Positions 62,424-64,000 of a stretch of DNA of 64,000 bases are shown here, one piece after another. The notes under the pieces were generated by a model, which was not told the DNA's origin, did not search any database, and was given only the letters and a program-made list of their open reading frames with translations. Source of the stretch: Macrostomum lignano (taxonomy: Eukaryota); contig NIVC01000065.1 of the NCBI GenBank assembly GCA_002269645.1, positions 260,977 to 324,976 of the forward strand, given 5' to 3'. The first letter of the stretch is position 1; each line of letters opens with the position of its first letter. The translations under genes and the position numbers were made by a program.

Positions 62424-62584
62424 TTGTACTTTTTATTTGCAACTCAGTTTGTCATAAATTACCATAGACTAATTTCCTTTTACAGTTCTTTCTCGCAGTT
62501 TAGTTTCTCGCCCCAAGCCCTCTCGTCTTTAACTCATAAAATATATTGCAATTCGAATCTAAGTCAAGTTGTAGTTTCACTACA
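62424..62584 (+). mobile_element. Putative 5' LTR of a Gypsy element
   Basis: TGT...ACA ends, followed 3 nt later by a TGG-initiated PBS (TGGTCCGGTGAGGCGG, 62588-62603, tRNA-Tyr-like); the left boundary is uncertain without the 3' LTR. Confidence 0.55.
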
Positions 62585-62649
62585 AATTGGTCCGGTGAGG
62601 CGGCGAAAGATATTACTCGCATACTCAATACTCACAGAAGACAAATCCA

Positions 62650-63555
62650 ATGACGGACAGTGCAAGCAACAATTCCGCTCCGACACCGCCTACAACCACG
62701 CAAGCCGCACCAAGTTCGGCCGCACCAGTGGTTACACATGCAGTAGGAAACGCCGCCGACACCGCTTCAGTCTCCCTGGCCCACCTGAAGCTGCCAATCT
62801 TCTATCGCAACAACCCGGAAGCATGGTTCCTCACGCTGGAGGCCCAGTTTATGCTCAACAGGGTGACCAACGAGACCGCCAAATTTTACCACCTAGTCTC
62901 TCATCTACCGGAGGATATCGCGGCTCTGCACTTGTCCGCCCAGACTCCAAAACAGTATGAACAACTGAAAACAGCGATTACATCGACTCTGCAAAAGTCC
63001 AAGCAGGAGAAGGTTTCGGAAGTATTGCAAGTCTCGGACCTCGGAGGAGACAAGCCATCAATCTTCATGCGCAAACTCCGGAGCAAGATGGAGCAGTGCC
63101 AGATACAGCCCGACGAGGAACTCCTCAAGGCCACTCTGATGCGCTGTCTTCCACAGGACCTTCGTATCGCACTGTCGGGATTTCAACAGCAGTCATCCCA
63201 GCAAATTTCCGAGATTGCTGACTCGATGTTGGTCGTCAGAGGCCTTAGCTCTCCATCGCCAGCGACAGTTTGCCCAATTCAGCAGGCCGGTGCAGATAGG
63301 ACACCCCAACAGCGCTTTGAGCAAGCTCCACACCGACAAGCACCTGGTAAGCCCACTGGAACAGACCCATTTAAGCCTGGCCAACGCCCCGTCGTTTGCC
63401 GCTCACACCTCTACTATGGCCGCCGTGCTCGGTCGTGTCGCCCGTGGTGCCAGTTTCCCAAGGACAGCTCGCGTCCGATCCGAGTGCTGCATCCCAATGA
63501 AAAAACGCCATCTCAGTCGCGTTCATCATCACCTTCTCGACAGCCGGAAAACTAA
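62650..63555 (+). CDS. gag: Ty3/Gypsy retrotransposon Gag (301 aa)
   Basis: KLPIFYRNNPEAWFLTLEAQF...KFYHLV...YEQLKTAI and CRSHLYYGRRARSCRPWC motifs typical of invertebrate Gypsy Gag. Confidence 0.9.
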   Translation: MTDSASNNSAPTPPTTTQAAPSSAAPVVTHAVGNAADTASVSLAHLKLPIFYRNNPEAWFLTLEAQFMLNRVTNETAKFYHLVSHLPEDIAALHLSAQTPKQYEQLKTAITSTLQKSKQEKVSEVLQVSDLGGDKPSIFMRKLRSKMEQCQIQPDEELLKATLMRCLPQDLRIALSGFQQQSSQQISEIADSMLVVRGLSSPSPATVCPIQQAGADRTPQQRFEQAPHRQAPGKPTGTDPFKPGQRPVVCRSHLYYGRRARSCRPWCQFPKDSSRPIRVLHPNEKTPSQSRSSSPSRQPEN

Positions 63556-64000
63556 GTCGCACTGCGACCGAGGTCGCGGTGCGCAGTGCCGAGATACCAT
63601 CGACCACCTGTTTGGAGTTAGATGTTAAAATCAACAATACCTACAGAAAGTTTCTTGTGGATACCGGAGCCTCGGTTTCCATTGTTCCACCTCACCTCGT
63701 TAATGCACTCGTTCAAGATACAAACGTTCGTTTAATTACTGCTACCGGAGCCGCCATACCAGTTCGCGGGTCGGTCCTACTGGATGTCTCAATCCGCGGT
63801 TTGCGTCGCGCCTTCCAATGGACCTTCCTCGTGGCGTCAGTGGTGAAACCCATCATTGGTTACGATTTCTTGGCTCACCATGGGTTAGTTGTCGATTGTC
63901 AGCGCAAACACGTTCGAGACTCAGAAACAGGACTGTCTACTGTTACCTTGTCAATTTCAAATGTTCATTGTGGCCCATTCACTGTGTCGGTAGAACTGCC
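63546..64000 (+). CDS. pol: Gypsy Pol N-terminus (aspartic protease) in the -1 frame, truncated by the window end
   Basis: FLVDTGASVSIVP...IIGYDFL in an open frame; GGAAAAC slippery site and hairpin at the gag end. Confidence 0.88.

Noticed and set aside
62295-62960. 221-aa plus-strand ORF
   Set aside because: Runs through microsatellite, LTR and an alternative gag frame

Overview
Eukaryotic (metazoan) genomic DNA with GC-rich exons, AT-rich spacers and a different tandem repeat in most introns. A 29-nt match to the Macrostomum lignano spliced leader, as I recall it, suggests a Macrostomum flatworm (inference). Genes were assembled by hand from GT-AG junctions with consistent phases: CTTNBP2/CTTNBP2NL-like (-, 3 exons), a 22-exon VWA3B-like gene (+, ~1847 aa) with an FKBP4/5-like gene nested antisense in one intron, a CNOT7/8 (CAF1) deadenylase (-), a secreted fibrinogen-domain protein with two copies of an unrecognised N-terminal domain (-), and two WSC+PAN/apple-like paralogs (one with two nonsense codons, one with a Gypsy element in its intron). 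Mobile DNA includes a hAT-type MITE family carrying a 28S rRNA helix 69-71 fragment, a mariner relic, other MITEs, a tRNA-derived SINE and a young Gypsy LTR element. The top candidates are the rRNA-carrying MITE family and a genomic spliced leader fused to mRNA-like sequence. Most long ORFs in the supplied track are minisatellite artefacts. All family assignments come from memory of the protein families, not from database searches.
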